DNA of 64,000 bases from assembly GCA_965285935.1 (NCBI GenBank), contig OZ260661.1, positions 98,022,001-98,086,000 of the forward strand. The letters run 5' to 3'. This document shows, one piece after another, positions 1 to 13,700 of the stretch. Origin of the DNA: Ophelia neglecta (Eukaryota). Under the pieces are notes generated by a model. The model had not been told where the DNA came from. It made no database searches and saw only the letters and a list, made by a program, of their open reading frames with translations. The stretch's first letter is position 1; each line of letters starts with the position of its first letter. A program made the position numbers and the translations under genes.

Positions 1-1326
1 AGTCTTCGATCTCAAGATAAGATGATACCAAACAAAGCACAAAATGGGAGAATGATTGCTCACCGAACAAAGTAAGGCCTGGAACTATAGAGATCTATTT
101 GTTCGATTTAGCCACTCAGTAACCACTCGGATTAATGCATGTATGCATACATAGTTTCCGTCGATGGTGTTATAAAAATTCGAAATTCGTTGTGGTGTCA
201 GGAAGCGGTAATACTAGCATATGTGCACAATCCACCTGTTTTAATCGAATTTTTTTCTACTGCAAAAATAAAAAACAAGGGGACCATTCATTGTTTTACA
301 GATTCTAACCGTACCACTGTTCGCTTGTAATCCGTAATCATATATAGGCATATTCCGGTACATCCTGCCGACTATAATGTCCTATGTACTTTAATTTTTT
401 TATTTGTCTATTTGGTTCTTCATGTAATGAGATCAAACATGCAGGCATAGAAGGACTAATTAATGGAATTAAGACTTAATAATGGGATTAATTATCTGTT
501 ATATGCTTTTGTAATTATGCCAGCTAAACAATGATGTGATAATTAGTCGAAAGGTGTTCATTTGCTCCGTAATACCTGGTGCTTTCCTGCACCTGACTTA
601 TCATATTACCTGTTTAATTTATATCATTTTATGCCAATTTGCATCGAGTCCTTTAATACAATAGTCAACCATATTGACAATTGCATCGAAGGTGCATGTC
701 GGCTGAACAGTTTAATATACATGCACTGCTCAATGTTATTTTTATACCAGAGTTTTCTATTTTCTATAATTATATTAAAAAATAACGGTAACTCTTGGAT
801 TCAAATCATACTACGACCCCGTGAGCATACCCGCGGTATACATTAGTTGGTTTGATTGATGGATTGATTTAATGTTATTTCGGGCTCATGCAGCTAGCTA
901 GCGCTACAGTAATACTGTAAATAAACATGCAATGTGTGGACGCCAAATATAGATTGTAGGGCCGTGATTTTCGGACGCCAAGGTCACTACTTGCAACACT
1001 AATCCGAATTTTAGGAACTGTATATAATGGCATGTATGAAATGAATTTCGGTGTGAACTGTTTATGATAGCAATGAGAAAAAATAATAAAATAATAATAA
1101 TAATAATTAAAGGTGTACAAAGTGCCATCCCCTAATTGTAAACAATGAAACAAAAATAAGCGATGTAATGAAATTATAAATAATTGCCATAACTTAAACT
1201 TCAAGACGATTTAACCTTTTAGATATCAGCTATCACAGTGTTCAACGCGCCAAGAGAAGGCAGATTAAATAATGAACAACATTTAACCACACCACAACAT
1301 TCATAAGACACTGCCATCATGAGTGA

Positions 1327-1375
1327 CCTAACATATGTGTGTAAAATCCCTATAAAAGTCACTAACCGCCATGAC
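1327..1375. repeat. 49-bp dispersed repeat (second copy at 61635-61683)
   Basis: CCTAACATATGTGTGTAAAATCCCTATAAAAGTCACTAACCGCCATGAC; 2 mismatches between copies. Confidence 0.85.
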
Positions 1376-4300
1376 TATCATCGCACCTCCCTGTCAACGT
1401 GAACAAGTATGATAAAATAAAAGTACATCAGGAAAATTAGCCCCTGTATAAAATAGCACCACCAAGTGGGATCACATTCTTGTTTAACGACAACCAAGAA
1501 GGAATTTATTAATTCACACAAAAGACAATCGAAAGGGGTAACACCAAAATTCTAAAATTTTTCCATGGTGGCCCTAGTGCCTCCTGCAAAATATTAAAGA
1601 TACACTGCCTGATCAATATAGGCCTAACTAAAAAAGACAATATGTGTATTTATCTTTGATCATACCTTGTGTGTTTCTTCCAAACCGCCTTTTGAAGCAA
1701 TTATGTGATTACATTAATAGACGTTATAAATGGCATGATTAAAAAGATGCTAAGGGCAACTGGCTCGCATACAAGGCATATGGTATTTTCATTTATCCCG
1801 TACTTGGTCTAATACATGTTCTTTCATTGATTGATATGTCCGTATCCGCCGGAAAAACCTTGCAATAAATTGTTACCCGAGTTAGTTGGTATAAACGACA
1901 AAATTAATCATTTACGGAGCCAGAATCAAACCCGTTTACAGTAAAAGTTCTCTTTGTGCGGTGATCGTTTATTCATATGAAAAAGGTAGCTCTAAAGCAC
2001 TAAGTTTAAATAATTTGCACTTTATTCCTAGCGCGCCGATACGGTAACCGTAAAAGCACATCCAAATAAGTAATCCCCATGTCCAATAGATCACACTACC
2101 TGCCAAAATATATAGCGCCATATTCTTATGTCGAAAAATTACGTTGCATAGTAATCCGCAACAAATTTCCAGCTCTCCAAAAAGTATTGGCTTCAGTACA
2201 CGTCTTCGATAGAGCACTGAAAGAGGGACAGGGCGGTGAAGAATTGGAAAATAGTGCCTCTGTCTGGTGCACGGTAGGACGATCGTATACTTGTTCATTG
2301 TATTGATTCATGCTGTAGTTTTATATACCTATAATATGTACATGTAGCCTTTATTCGTGTTTCCAATACGGCTGCTGGTTTCTTTATTTACAATTATTGG
2401 TAACCCAAACGGGCTGTCTTAACATACGCTAAGACTATATTAAACCAAAGTAAATCTGTTTTGCGTAAAACTGTTTAGACTTGTCATTTTATCAAAAGAT
2501 GGGATCCTGCTAATTATAATGTACGGGATGGCGTATTAGCTCTACCCGCCGCAAACTCTATAACCAGCGGTTATTTCGAGCGCCCAGACACATCCATTTG
2601 CCAGGTACTATAACTTAATCAAAACATGACACAATATAAATATTGATTAGGCATACATTGATTTACCCCCAAAAAAGTGTAATGTATTCTTTTTGCAGTG
2701 AGCAAAAAAATGATGTATTATCAATTATGCCATTCGATCATTATGACTATAAAGAAGATTGCATGTCTATAAACTATGACAGACTAAGTCAACCCGTATA
2801 AGAAGGCAGCAGACACGTCGACATTTGCCGCATGCGAACAGTTAATATATTGGGTAATGGAAAATTGGAAAATTAATTTGACCGAGAAAATTACAAACGC
2901 ATGATATAGGCAGGCTACATACTCACCAAATTTTATCGAGATTTTCCAAATCAGTTGAAGGGAGAAACAACATGTATGCATGAAATTTTGTTCAAGAGCT
3001 ACAATTTGATAACATCCCTCCATTAAAGCCTGGGATATGAACATTTGATAAAAATCAAATGTCACAGTGATCTGATACATGTATGCAGATAAATCCTAGT
3101 TTATTTATCTCAAGGCCTGGCTAATGGCTGCAATAATTAAAAAAAAACGACCAGTTCATCCCTAGTTATACTGGACAAACAGGTAGACGCAACCAGGTTA
3201 ATTCTGCTTTGCAGAGCAGATAGACATATTTGAGGCCTGGCTATAAAACAAGCAAAATCTTCTATTCCTGTTTACTGGTGTTATTATGCAAACTCGTCAT
3301 TAGGCAAGCACGTCATAACAGCTGGTATACGAATATAAAAGAGGACATGAGCAGAATCTCAGATGCTGCGCATATCATATTGACAGATATATCATTAGCA
3401 ACTGCTTCCTGTTGCCTAAGATTGAAAAAATTCGGTAAAACACTGTTGATATCTTAATTACAGATATTTTTCCGATATACTTCGGCTGTTGCAGGCCTCT
3501 AGAGGCTCTTTATGATTGACACCTATAGGCCTATGCTAATATGCATTTATAGGGGCGGTTGTAATAATTCCTGTTGTGCCTATTTTAGTTAACTGTTTAA
3601 TGCGTATAAAATAATTTATTAGGTATGTTATAAACATTTTTACTTGATTTATTGTGTCACGGAAAAAAATCAATTAAAAATTATCAGAATACACACCATG
3701 TCTTTTTCAAAGAGACAAAATAGAAGCTGGGCTCCTTGAAGAACTATATGTAACCGAACTTCTCAGGGAAATTATAAATAAAAAATAACTGCACTGCTCT
3801 TATATAAACAGACAGTGCAAGTGGTCCCATTGTTAACATAAAGAATGGTGTCGACGTCAGAAACTGAAGATGATGTACATAATGCCCTGGCATGATCTCC
3901 AGGTATAAAGCTCACTGTCGAGCAGCTTACTGCGTAGGCAAAGCTCAGAAAATGCCATCAAGCGTGATTACTTTATATTTGAGGATAGCTTTTCGGCAGT
4001 TACCGGTGTTCCCAAAAGGGCAAGTAGAACACAAATGAGCTGTGCCATTGCCAGACGGGGAGAATAATGTCTTAATATATAAAACCTCACAAATGGGACC
4101 ATTTGGCCTTCTCAAATGGTACCAACCCTTTAATCATATGCACTTCCTTAAGAAGCTGTGCCAAGAATCTATTCTCTCGATGTTCTTGTCTGTGAAGCAT
4201 TCATCCTCTTCAGATATTTTAGAATCTCATCATAAGTTATAAGCCGTCGTGGACCTGGATAACAGTTATAGTTTATTAGATAGAGGTACAGCAGCATACT

Positions 4301-6775
4301 CCGGAAATAATAGGATGTTATGATACCCCTCTTGTATTTGATCAAATAGGAGCTTGATTCAAATAAGGTACATGACCTCTAGTTAATAATAGATAGGTTA
4401 AAATGGATCAATGACAATATAATGTCAAATTAGAATGACATAAATGGTATTTCAGATGGGTTCATTATTGTATATACCAATATCCCACTACTTTGAACGG
4501 TTGAATATATTTTTAGTTACTGTTCATGATAATTATACGAACTCCCAACAACAAAAGTAAATGAAGGGGACGTTTCCACCAATCGAATGTGCAAATGAAT
4601 TGAAGTCACATTGGTAGTTTTATTTATACTTAGATGTAAAATGTGGCCAAAAATCTCAACAAAAGTAAAATGTTTATTTATTTGCTCTGAAATAGCTTCG
4701 TAAAAAACAAAATTTCGTTTTTATTTGCCAGCCAGTTGGTAGATCTAAGAACGCTCCCGTAGCATATTTCGATGCTTCTTAGCGAAACATACATTGCTTT
4801 ATACAGCAGCATTGGGTCAATACAAGGGTGTGCATCACATTTAGGACCATAAAGTGATCTCTAGGAGATGATATGATGGCAGCCAATGAAGAACTTTATA
4901 TGCTGATGTGTTCTTATGAGGTTATTTTGCCAGCCAGCTGAAAGTGACATCAGAACCGATATTCATCAGAACAGATCGTGCAGTTCCTAAGTACCGCCAC
5001 CAGGCCGAAACGACGAATGGACATTCGTCTATTAAACTGAACAGCCACTGAATTATCCTAAGGGTGCTGTGTATTGTGCCTTAATCCCTACCTAAAAGAA
5101 TTGTCAGCCCAAAGCAGGTTTAAGCGGAGATTCTCGAAATGCCTATGTTAAGTTCAGTGCACTGCCATTTACGAGTTCAGCAGTGTGCTACATGTACTAA
5201 GTAGGACCTCAGTATATGGATCTTGATATAACGCCTTGCAACAATTTATTATTAATACTTAGATTAAACAGGCGTGAAACCTGCCCCGATTAGCTGTCAA
5301 TTGAATAATGTAAGTTATCGGTTGAACTATGACCCCGATTAGGCTATCAGCAAGTCTCCCAGGCTTTGTTTATATTGAGGTGCGGTGGAGCCCAACGATA
5401 TTGTTGCATAATTTATCTCCTCACTTTTTCACCTTTTAAATAAATAATGGGCCTTATAAAAGCGATTTTATCAATACCCTTTTATTTGGCTATTTTTTAT
5501 CACCATCGACTAGCACTCATTTTCAAATGCGCTGCAGGGCCCCTGTACAGGACCAAACCCAACTCGCGGCGTTGATGAGGTCTACTGGACACAATCATCA
5601 TTTAAGTTCTTACAAAGCTCTAATCAACCGAACCATACTAGTGTCTACCCAAAACGTGCTTATGTCTTATTGTCAAAGAATCACATGGCTATTTTAGTAC
5701 TGCGATACTTAACTGAAATAACCATGTGATTCGTCCTTTAAATAGAAACAAATGACTCTACAATCACCATTAATTCGAATGTCTAATAGAGAAGTCAGAC
5801 CGAATTCCCCAAATGCCTCCAAAACTGAACGATAACAGACAATGTCACATTAGTAGCAAAGACCCTCAGTACGACTTTACATTCCCATGCATTTCTTGAA
5901 AATGGCCGGTAATCCGATTTTTGTAAAGAATGCCCCATTTTGTAGCAGAAGCAAATGACCTTCTTACTTTACACTGGATGGTAAACTCGCTGCTGCTCGC
6001 TATATGCTTCTTTCCCGCCAAGTACTATTTTACTACCTGATGGATTGTTGTCGAAGTAACATTTGTTTGAAGAAACTTGACCCTAATCAGAGCCAAACCC
6101 GTTTAAAATGCTATTGTGTAGCGCTCTAATTTCTGGACAAACTCTTTAGGTGCGTCTGCTTTGTTTTTGCGACCTATAGAAATTGAGCCAACGAGACATA
6201 TATGGGCCCCTTATCTTCAAACAGACAATTCTTCTTTCGTTTAGGAGGTCATATAGCGGACACACTGTACGGTCAAAACACCAGGTGGTCAAATTATCGA
6301 TTCTGCAAAACAAGAATCGTGGAGAAGGCAGGCTGAGGTTTATGTTTCAAGATGTAGGGCTAGTTTGCGGCTTCAAATTTACAAGTGCATGTGCATGTAC
6401 GTGTGTTCAATAAGGAAGAGACGTTTTGTTTTCAAATGTTTCCTAGTTTCCACTGGCTTCAAAGGAGTCGTGCCTTTTCGGGTGAATATCGTGTTTGCTA
6501 CTTGCAGCTCTATTGGGATATCTGTGGCGAGTTAACCAATATTCTAGACAGCATCCGGAGAAAAGACTTCTTAATCAAACCGTAGTGTGGACTTTAATAA
6601 GACTATATTCATTAAATATTCTGGCGCTCTGGAAAGAGTCAATATGTCTTGCAGGCGTCGGGTTGACTTTAATGGGCAGCATATTGCTGACAAATTACCC
6701 GATCATTTATTGAGTAGGGTAGTCCCACCTCAAGTAATACTCGAGGTCTCAACCATTCCGGCTTGGACACGCTGA

Positions 6776-7122
6776 GGGCTAGTCCAATTTAAGATCGGAG
6801 TAAGGGGCGGAACGGATCTATAATTATCACCGGGGAGGGAGGGGGCGGAACGGATCCAAAATTATCCCGGGGGGGGGGGGGTTAGAAGAGCGCGAAGGAG
6901 TGCTGGGAGCTATTTGGTCATGAAAATTGGGGGCGGGGGGGGAGGGTGTGGTATGAACTATTGCAATCCAGACAAGTACCAATGTTGGAGGCTTTTTTGT
7001 GAAAACTGCGGGGTGGGTGGGTCGGGATATGGGTTTATCAATCTTGCCGAGGCGACAAAAAGCTGCCCCCCCCCACTCTCCCCAACCACCTACCCCAACC
7101 CAATTTAAAAATGGAATAGCCC
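6776..7122. mobile_element. MITE with GGGCTA(G/T)TCCA...TGGAATAGCCC terminal inverted repeats (PIF/Harbinger-like ends)
   Basis: Left end GGGCTAGTCCAATTTAA versus reverse complement of right end GGGCTATTCCATTTTTAA; internal G and C runs; internal duplicated ggggcggaacggatc. Confidence 0.65.
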
Positions 7123-8077
7123 GTATTTCCTTCGACTATTTATGTAGGGAATTTATTCACCATTGATTGTCACAGAATTGAGTTCCTCCTGACAGGTTGA
7201 TCACCGTGCCAGGTTAGTAATGTAGCTGCTCACTTGATATTCATGAAAATACTTCGATGAAACTTATAGTAGACGCAACAGGTATGGCCAGCTTTGTCTG
7301 AGCATTATCTGCTGGCAGATTTAAGATGTAAGGGAAAGCGAGGCTAGACATGGCACATGAGGGATATATTAATATATCACTTTGAGTGATAAGATAATGT
7401 TATCCCCAACAAAACTCTTGTATGAAGTATTGCAAGACAATAGTCTAAGACTAAATGGGGCGGTAGGAAAGCATCTATTTTCGCCCTAGAAAATGGTAGT
7501 ATTAGATCCATTGTTGATTAGTTTGATACATTTCGTTTGCTGGGATTTCGGACTGATATGTGCAATTGTGGAAGTAGAGTGGTCAAATCATGATAGTTTT
7601 CCTTTTAAATGTAGAGTAAAATTAAAAATATTTAAATTAATCTGAATAAAAATAATAATGATAATAATGACAATGATTCATTCAATGATCGGACCTCCCC
7701 AAGAAAAGGAGATGCAGGATGTGATAAACTTTTGCAAAATCGTAGTGCTGGCTGGGATTCAATTAGTGCCCTGGTTAAAAATAACGTTGCCTCATTCATA
7801 TTATTACCTCTTGTGGGTGTCTTGTATTGGTCATATAGTTAGGGTTGGTCCCTGACGAACTTACAATAGCCAGGGTGGTGCCAATTTTAAGGGAGATGGC
7901 CCGACAGCATATACTACTTACAGGCCGGTCTCTGTACGCCTGGTATTTATTTATATTTTCGAGGGGCTTATTTAAACCCGTCTTATTGCATTTATTACAA
8001 AACGTAATAAATAATACGAAAATCATTTTGGGTTTTGCTATAGGCATTGAACGAACATGGCACTGATGTTGCTGGTC

Positions 8078-8460
8078 GACCAAATTTCTTCTGCCCTTGA
8101 TCGGGGCGACTGTACCATTCTGCTGACCATTATTGTATAAGAGGCCCGCCTGTGAATTGGTTTAAGAATTACTAACATAACTGTTCTCAGTTTGTCGAAA
8201 ATTACGGCGTATCCTCGGATAAATTAAAAATAATATGTTGGTCCCGCAGGGATCGATATTTGGTCCACTTTTTTGTTGTACATATAGAGTTTTGTATTCT
8301 TTAATTTCGCGGATGACTCCAATATGTGTGTATCTGGCAAGAGCCCTAATGATCTTGTTGAGATTACAACAACCTCTTTTACCCTCAATATTGCGTTGCG
8401 GTGGGGGGCAGGACATCTGATTGTTATTTGACTCAATTAGTTACTCTACTAAAACGAGCA
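8078..8460 (+). mobile_element. Decayed LINE (CR1/L2-like) reverse transcriptase fragment
   Basis: Pieces in shifting frames read DQISSALDRGD, NWFKNY..NCSQFV, VPQGSIFGPLF and FADDSN. Confidence 0.75.
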
Positions 8461-10658
8461 GCATTATCTGCTATTTAATTATCAGTGTTATTTTATGTAG
8501 CCATTTATGGTTATGCACCCTTTGTGCATTACTAAAGTAATTTTGTAAATTACCTGTTATGTGGCAAATAAGCACTCTTGGGTACTTCTCCGATTGCTTT
8601 GGGAATTCCATTTCTTTCTTTAGATTATACCTTCAGTGTAATGATATCATAATCTATTAATTATTTATGTTCTGTTTTGTGTAAAATATATAATAAGTAA
8701 TCTGATTTTGTTTTTCATCTAGCCGAACACTAATTAGTTCATGTTATTTTACATTTCTGCTACTGTTAAACTCGACACTATTCATCTGTAAATACCTCTC
8801 GGCAATAACAACATCAACGTCCGGATTATTGTCTTTCATTTGGGCCACCAGTCTTGAGGTCATCAACACCTTCTTGGCTATATTTAATAGAAATGATCAA
8901 GTAGACGGAAGTTACCCAGAATATATTTGGAAATTGATCATGTGGGTAGTATGTATGGTTGCCTCATTTAATGGATCCTTGAGCATTCACTGTGCATAAA
9001 CTGAGAGTGAGGGGGTGATCGTGTCTGTGTAAGTTTTCCTCGTGGATTTATGTAATTTGAACTTATAGCACTGCAAAATAACAGTATTGATTAAACAAAA
9101 GGCACTACTTTTATATACTTATATATCTAGGCAATATAGTCCACAATATTTTAAACATGTATGTATGTGTAGATGCTTCCATTGAGAAGGTGTGACTTGA
9201 GATTAACAAATTCCACAAACACGCCCCTCTCTTAACCATCTAGAAGATAGATTCCTAACATTAGTTCGAAGTAATTAAAACAGAGCGCTCCGTGAATATA
9301 CAGTGTCATGGCTTAATCCAGGAAACTGACATTACTATGGTAACATGTGAAATGAGTATTTGATTCGGCAATCTATATTTTCATTTCCGGACAGTCAGTG
9401 TCTTAGCTACTTTCCAGGTGTTTTTTTTTCACACCAAGCAATCATTTAGCTGAGCTGAAATGATAATAAGATAATAACAATGATAATAATAATAAATAAT
9501 TTATTGTCTTTTTTCATCTTGATAGAGAGTAATCACAAAAATATACAGCTATACACCAGATAGTATGGTAAGAAATGATGGATTGTTGGATTTGCCTTAA
9601 AAAAGATTCAGAATGGTTTCTCGTTTTTTTCCGATCGTTTGCAGTGAGTTTGGAGCCTGAAACATTTATATGATCAATGAAACTATGCATGTTACAGCTT
9701 CAAAAGTAAATATGGTCACTCGTGTTAAAATTATCACTTTATGATGCTGTTTGGCTAGTATGCATAGTAAATTGTTTTTAATTCAGAGACTAGTTTTACT
9801 AGTTTTCTCAAACTAATGAGATTTTATTATTTTAGAAACTGTTCTCATTATCCCCACATATGTTCTGGCAAGGCATGGCTTCAGATATAACCAGTAGAGT
9901 TTCTATCAGATGTATGTATTATGTGTGTATTTAATATACATGTATAAGCACTCATATAGACATTTAGATATGTATATATGTATATTATGTATGCATTTAT
10001 GTACAAGCTATTTCCATACCAGGACTAAGCAAACATATAATTTATTATTTGGCTTTAAACTCAAAGCACGACACATGGTATCATCGTGTAATAAACACTA
10101 ATCTATGCGATCGCCCATTGAACCCATACAGAATATGTTTTAGACACAGAGGAAACCGTTGTATTGGCTTTAAAGATAAATTTAACGAAACATCTGTAAC
10201 AGTTCATTTTCTTCTTCAAAGCTTTCCATTTAATCTGTTTCAACATTTTTTTTCATAGTTCCAGCAGTCATCAAGCACAATTCCCTGCAATGGATAATAA
10301 TGTTGAAATATCCTGAAAGCGGTTTGCTCTGCTGTCAAAGCGGAGCCGTTGACCTGATTAAACCACTTCTTCAGCTTCTCTAGATTACTCAATTTCTCCT
10401 ATTCTGAGACATGTACTAAATTCAATCCAGGGAATACCATATTAGTGCCTGGCAGAGTCTCCACCTGAGGTCATGGCTCGCCCTGGAATTCAGTCTTTGC
10501 AAGATTGTTTTTCTAAATGCCAATTGAATACAATTAATATCCTTGTAGTCTATCGCTGTCTTTTACTCAATTTCTAGAAACACAACATATGTGGGTATGT
10601 TATTTGGTAAATTCCGCAGTGCGTTTAGAACTCGGTTCACCTATTGGACCATTCGAAC

Positions 10659-10764
10659 ATGCGTATAAAACTAAATCATTGTAGAAAGAAACTCATGAAA
10701 CTGTTCATAGAAATAACTGGAGGGAGTACGCCTCAGAGGAAGCAGAAACATGAACCAAGGACAG
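10659..10764 (+). CDS. PLCE1: PLCE exon 1 (candidate first coding exon, [19 protein letters not shown]...EPRT)
   Basis: ATG with A at -3; in-frame TAG at 10626-10628 (which could also be an acceptor, giving an exon from 10629); donor G|GTATTG in phase 1 matches the next exon. Confidence 0.5.
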
Positions 10765-13700
10765 GTATTGTTTACCTCGGTTCGAAGCCGCGTGGAACCG
10801 TCAGCTGCAGGCCTACGAACAAAGCGCCCCAGCTCACCAACTGTAAATAAGGTTAAAAAATAAATTTGATAATACTTGCAAACGAACCTTGGTATTATCA
10901 AATCATGTTGATTTTTTCATGTGATGTTTATCATGCACGACTTGATACGTATGAACACCTGTTTTAGGATGAAAACCATGTTGAATACTTATGCATAGTT
11001 TCTGTTATTTTCTTTCAGAGCGGAGTCCGTTGGAGGAGACTGAGAAGTCATTAAACACGTTAGTCAAGCTAGCCAGCAATATAGAATGTATCCCGTCTCT
11101 CATGGAGGGCCTCGCCAACTGTATCAATGCAATAACAGCAGTCGTCTCAGAACAGACGGAAAATGTCACATTGGAAAAGCTTGTGTCCTCCTTACTTAAC
11201 CAGATAGTACAGGTGAGTTCAGTATGGCACCTATATATACCGTATCCACACAAACTGTCGGCATAGGCCTCAGTAGTATTATTCCGAGAACAGATACCTC
11301 AAACGGTATAAATAGTTATATCCGCATGTGTGTGTTACCATTTGTAGCATTAACTAAACTAATTTATTGTTTGGCAAAGATTTATCATCATTCATTCACG
11401 TCTAAGCCGGATTATTTATTTCACTCAAGAGAGGAGAAAAACAATTTGATTAGTATAAACTATTCATTGTTGCTTTGTAAGCTTCACCACTCTCCCGATG
11501 ATAAACCCAAATGTTTACTCCCTAAAAGACTCCCTACCACAATTTGGTCGAAGTGCGTCTGGACTCGAGTTCCACAAATTATTAGTCATGGCAAGACCAG
11601 CGTTCTGAGCAGAAGCAGACAGTTGTACTGGTCAGTATGTCTTGTCGCCATGGAGGTACACAATTAACCGAATAAACTTAAGGTCCCACTCTCAGATCTG
11701 TGCTCTTACCCTCCCTATTATCAACGTCTAAACGCAACGTTCACTACAACGCCGAGTTATGATCAAGGTCTTGTGTGTTTTAATATCCTTTATTCCTAAA
11801 TCAAGAAAAACAATAGAATGGCATCAGTTGACTTCATTGAGAACCGTGAAATGTGAATATAGCTTTAAAATCATAACACCATGACATAATTTACAAAACA
11901 ACGTGTGTTACTGTTTCAACATTTGAGCATCAGATGATTACGCATATCTACACCGTCAGTTTGAATATAAAAAGTATATACTTTTACAGTTTCCTGCACA
12001 GCCGATACAGATATTATTAGATCTGATCAAAGAGAGTGCCGGAACAACAGGGGCACCTGTTGTTGTGATAAATGACTGAGTGTGATGGTCTCTGACGTTA
12101 GCTTGAACAATGGCGAGAGGAAATGATGTCAGACTCCTGAGTATACAGGGCTTCCCTCCGATAATAGGTCCAGCAGAATCGTGCGTTTTGTAGCGTTATA
12201 TTAACCGATCTACCGCCCACCATCTCTTACTTGCGCTTGGTAATCATACTTGCAATGTGCCATTCATAAGGCAACAAGGGAAGAGATAATACAACATTTG
12301 TCACCAAAACTGACAATGAAAATAAATAATTAGCTTTGCGTCTGAGATTTAGCAACAATAGTCCTCCACGCTTTCGCCCTTTCATCCCTCGTTTTGATGA
12401 GCTGGATCGTCTGCTTGTGTGGTATAAACCGCCATTAAACGCTTGGTTTGGCGCAGGCTGATGCTCTTTCTCAAATGAGTACAGGTGACTAGGTATTGGG
12501 TATTTGTGCGCGCAAATTGGATGCTCTTATGCTCGTGTTTGGTGGTAAAGGTCAAGGGGTGAGGCTGGCTATAATAAGCCTGGCTTGAAAGACTGCGATA
12601 GCTGCTCACAGGCCTAGCAACGGCAGTGAACAAGCCATGCCCTCGAGTGCCCCATTCAGACAGGCAATGAGGCCAAGAGCTTCCTTTAACGATAAGCCAA
12701 TTTGGTATATTGCAATATTTGAATCAATCAATAAAGACAGGTAACACATTAATGTTTTCAGATACCGTCTTTATCTATAGGCCTCTGGTCTTCTCCTTGT
12801 GCGTATATAACTACGGTCTACAGGCCTACCGGCTGTTGGCCTGCCTTTGTTGAAGCAAAATATCCAAAACCACGGCAAACACTAATATGACACTGTTAAG
12901 AAAGACATTTCTATTATAATGGATGAAAATTTACAGGATTGCACTCCGACCAATTCATTAGTGAAATATCCAGGATAGGTTGCCTCGAAATGTATAATTA
13001 GCCACCGGAATCCCGGAGCCCTGGGGAAGGCATCATGATGGTACTAAAATATCACCAGCTTTCCCAGGGCCTTCGCCTTGCCGCCACAAGTATGGAAACT
13101 AACACCATAATATATCAAAACCTCCATACAAGATGTCTAGAAGACCTGTACGTTGACATTTGAGCCAAAGTCCCTCCTACCCGCTGATGTAATTATAGGT
13201 TATCAATAGCCATGTCTGCCTCAGCTTCCTCCATGGCATTAAGAGTTATTTCTTTTATTTGCAGACTTGCTGTGAAGAATTGGTAGGGGTTCCTGCAAAC
13301 AGAACACTGGTGCTTAAACAGTTGACCAAGCTTGTCCATATGTGCATGGACATGCTGAAAGGACAGCATAACCTTCACTTCAGTGCCCTTTGCACCATCA
13401 ACCGTATTGTAGATGTGTGCATCACTCACAGAGTGTATCATCTATGGAAACTTGAAAGCGAGTCTGCCACCATTGGCGGCCAGGCTTCAAATAAGGGTCA
13501 GTGGGCGACTCAGGCCCCACATGACCACCACAATGTACATATCAACTCCGGGGGGAGGACTGACATGAGCGAGCATCCTTCGTCCCATGTGCACGTGCAG
13601 CTGGAGAAGATCCTTCTGCAGGGCAGTCCCAAGGTGAAACAAAGTCCTAAACACAGGGCCTCGTGGCGGACTCGTCCTTTCACCCACCAGGACAGCCAGA

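Noticed and set aside
1-77. Open frame SLRSQDKMIPNKAQNGRMIAHRT ending at AA|GTAAGG
   Set aside because: Could be the tail of an upstream exon, but it is truncated by the window edge, has no homology I recognise, and cannot be linked to PLCE.
139-6775. Numerous 60-110 aa ORFs upstream of the gene
   Set aside because: No recognisable domains, composition typical of AT-rich non-coding DNA, and no consistent exon chain.
10259-10383. Acceptor followed by PAVIKHNSLQW...LLCCQSGAVDLIKPLLQLL (faintly ankyrin-like)
   Set aside because: It ends in a stop with no good in-phase donor. It may be UTR; unsupported as CDS.
10537-10545. ATATCCTTG resembling a U12 donor
   Set aside because: No flanking coding exon or matching branch site/AC was identified; likely chance.
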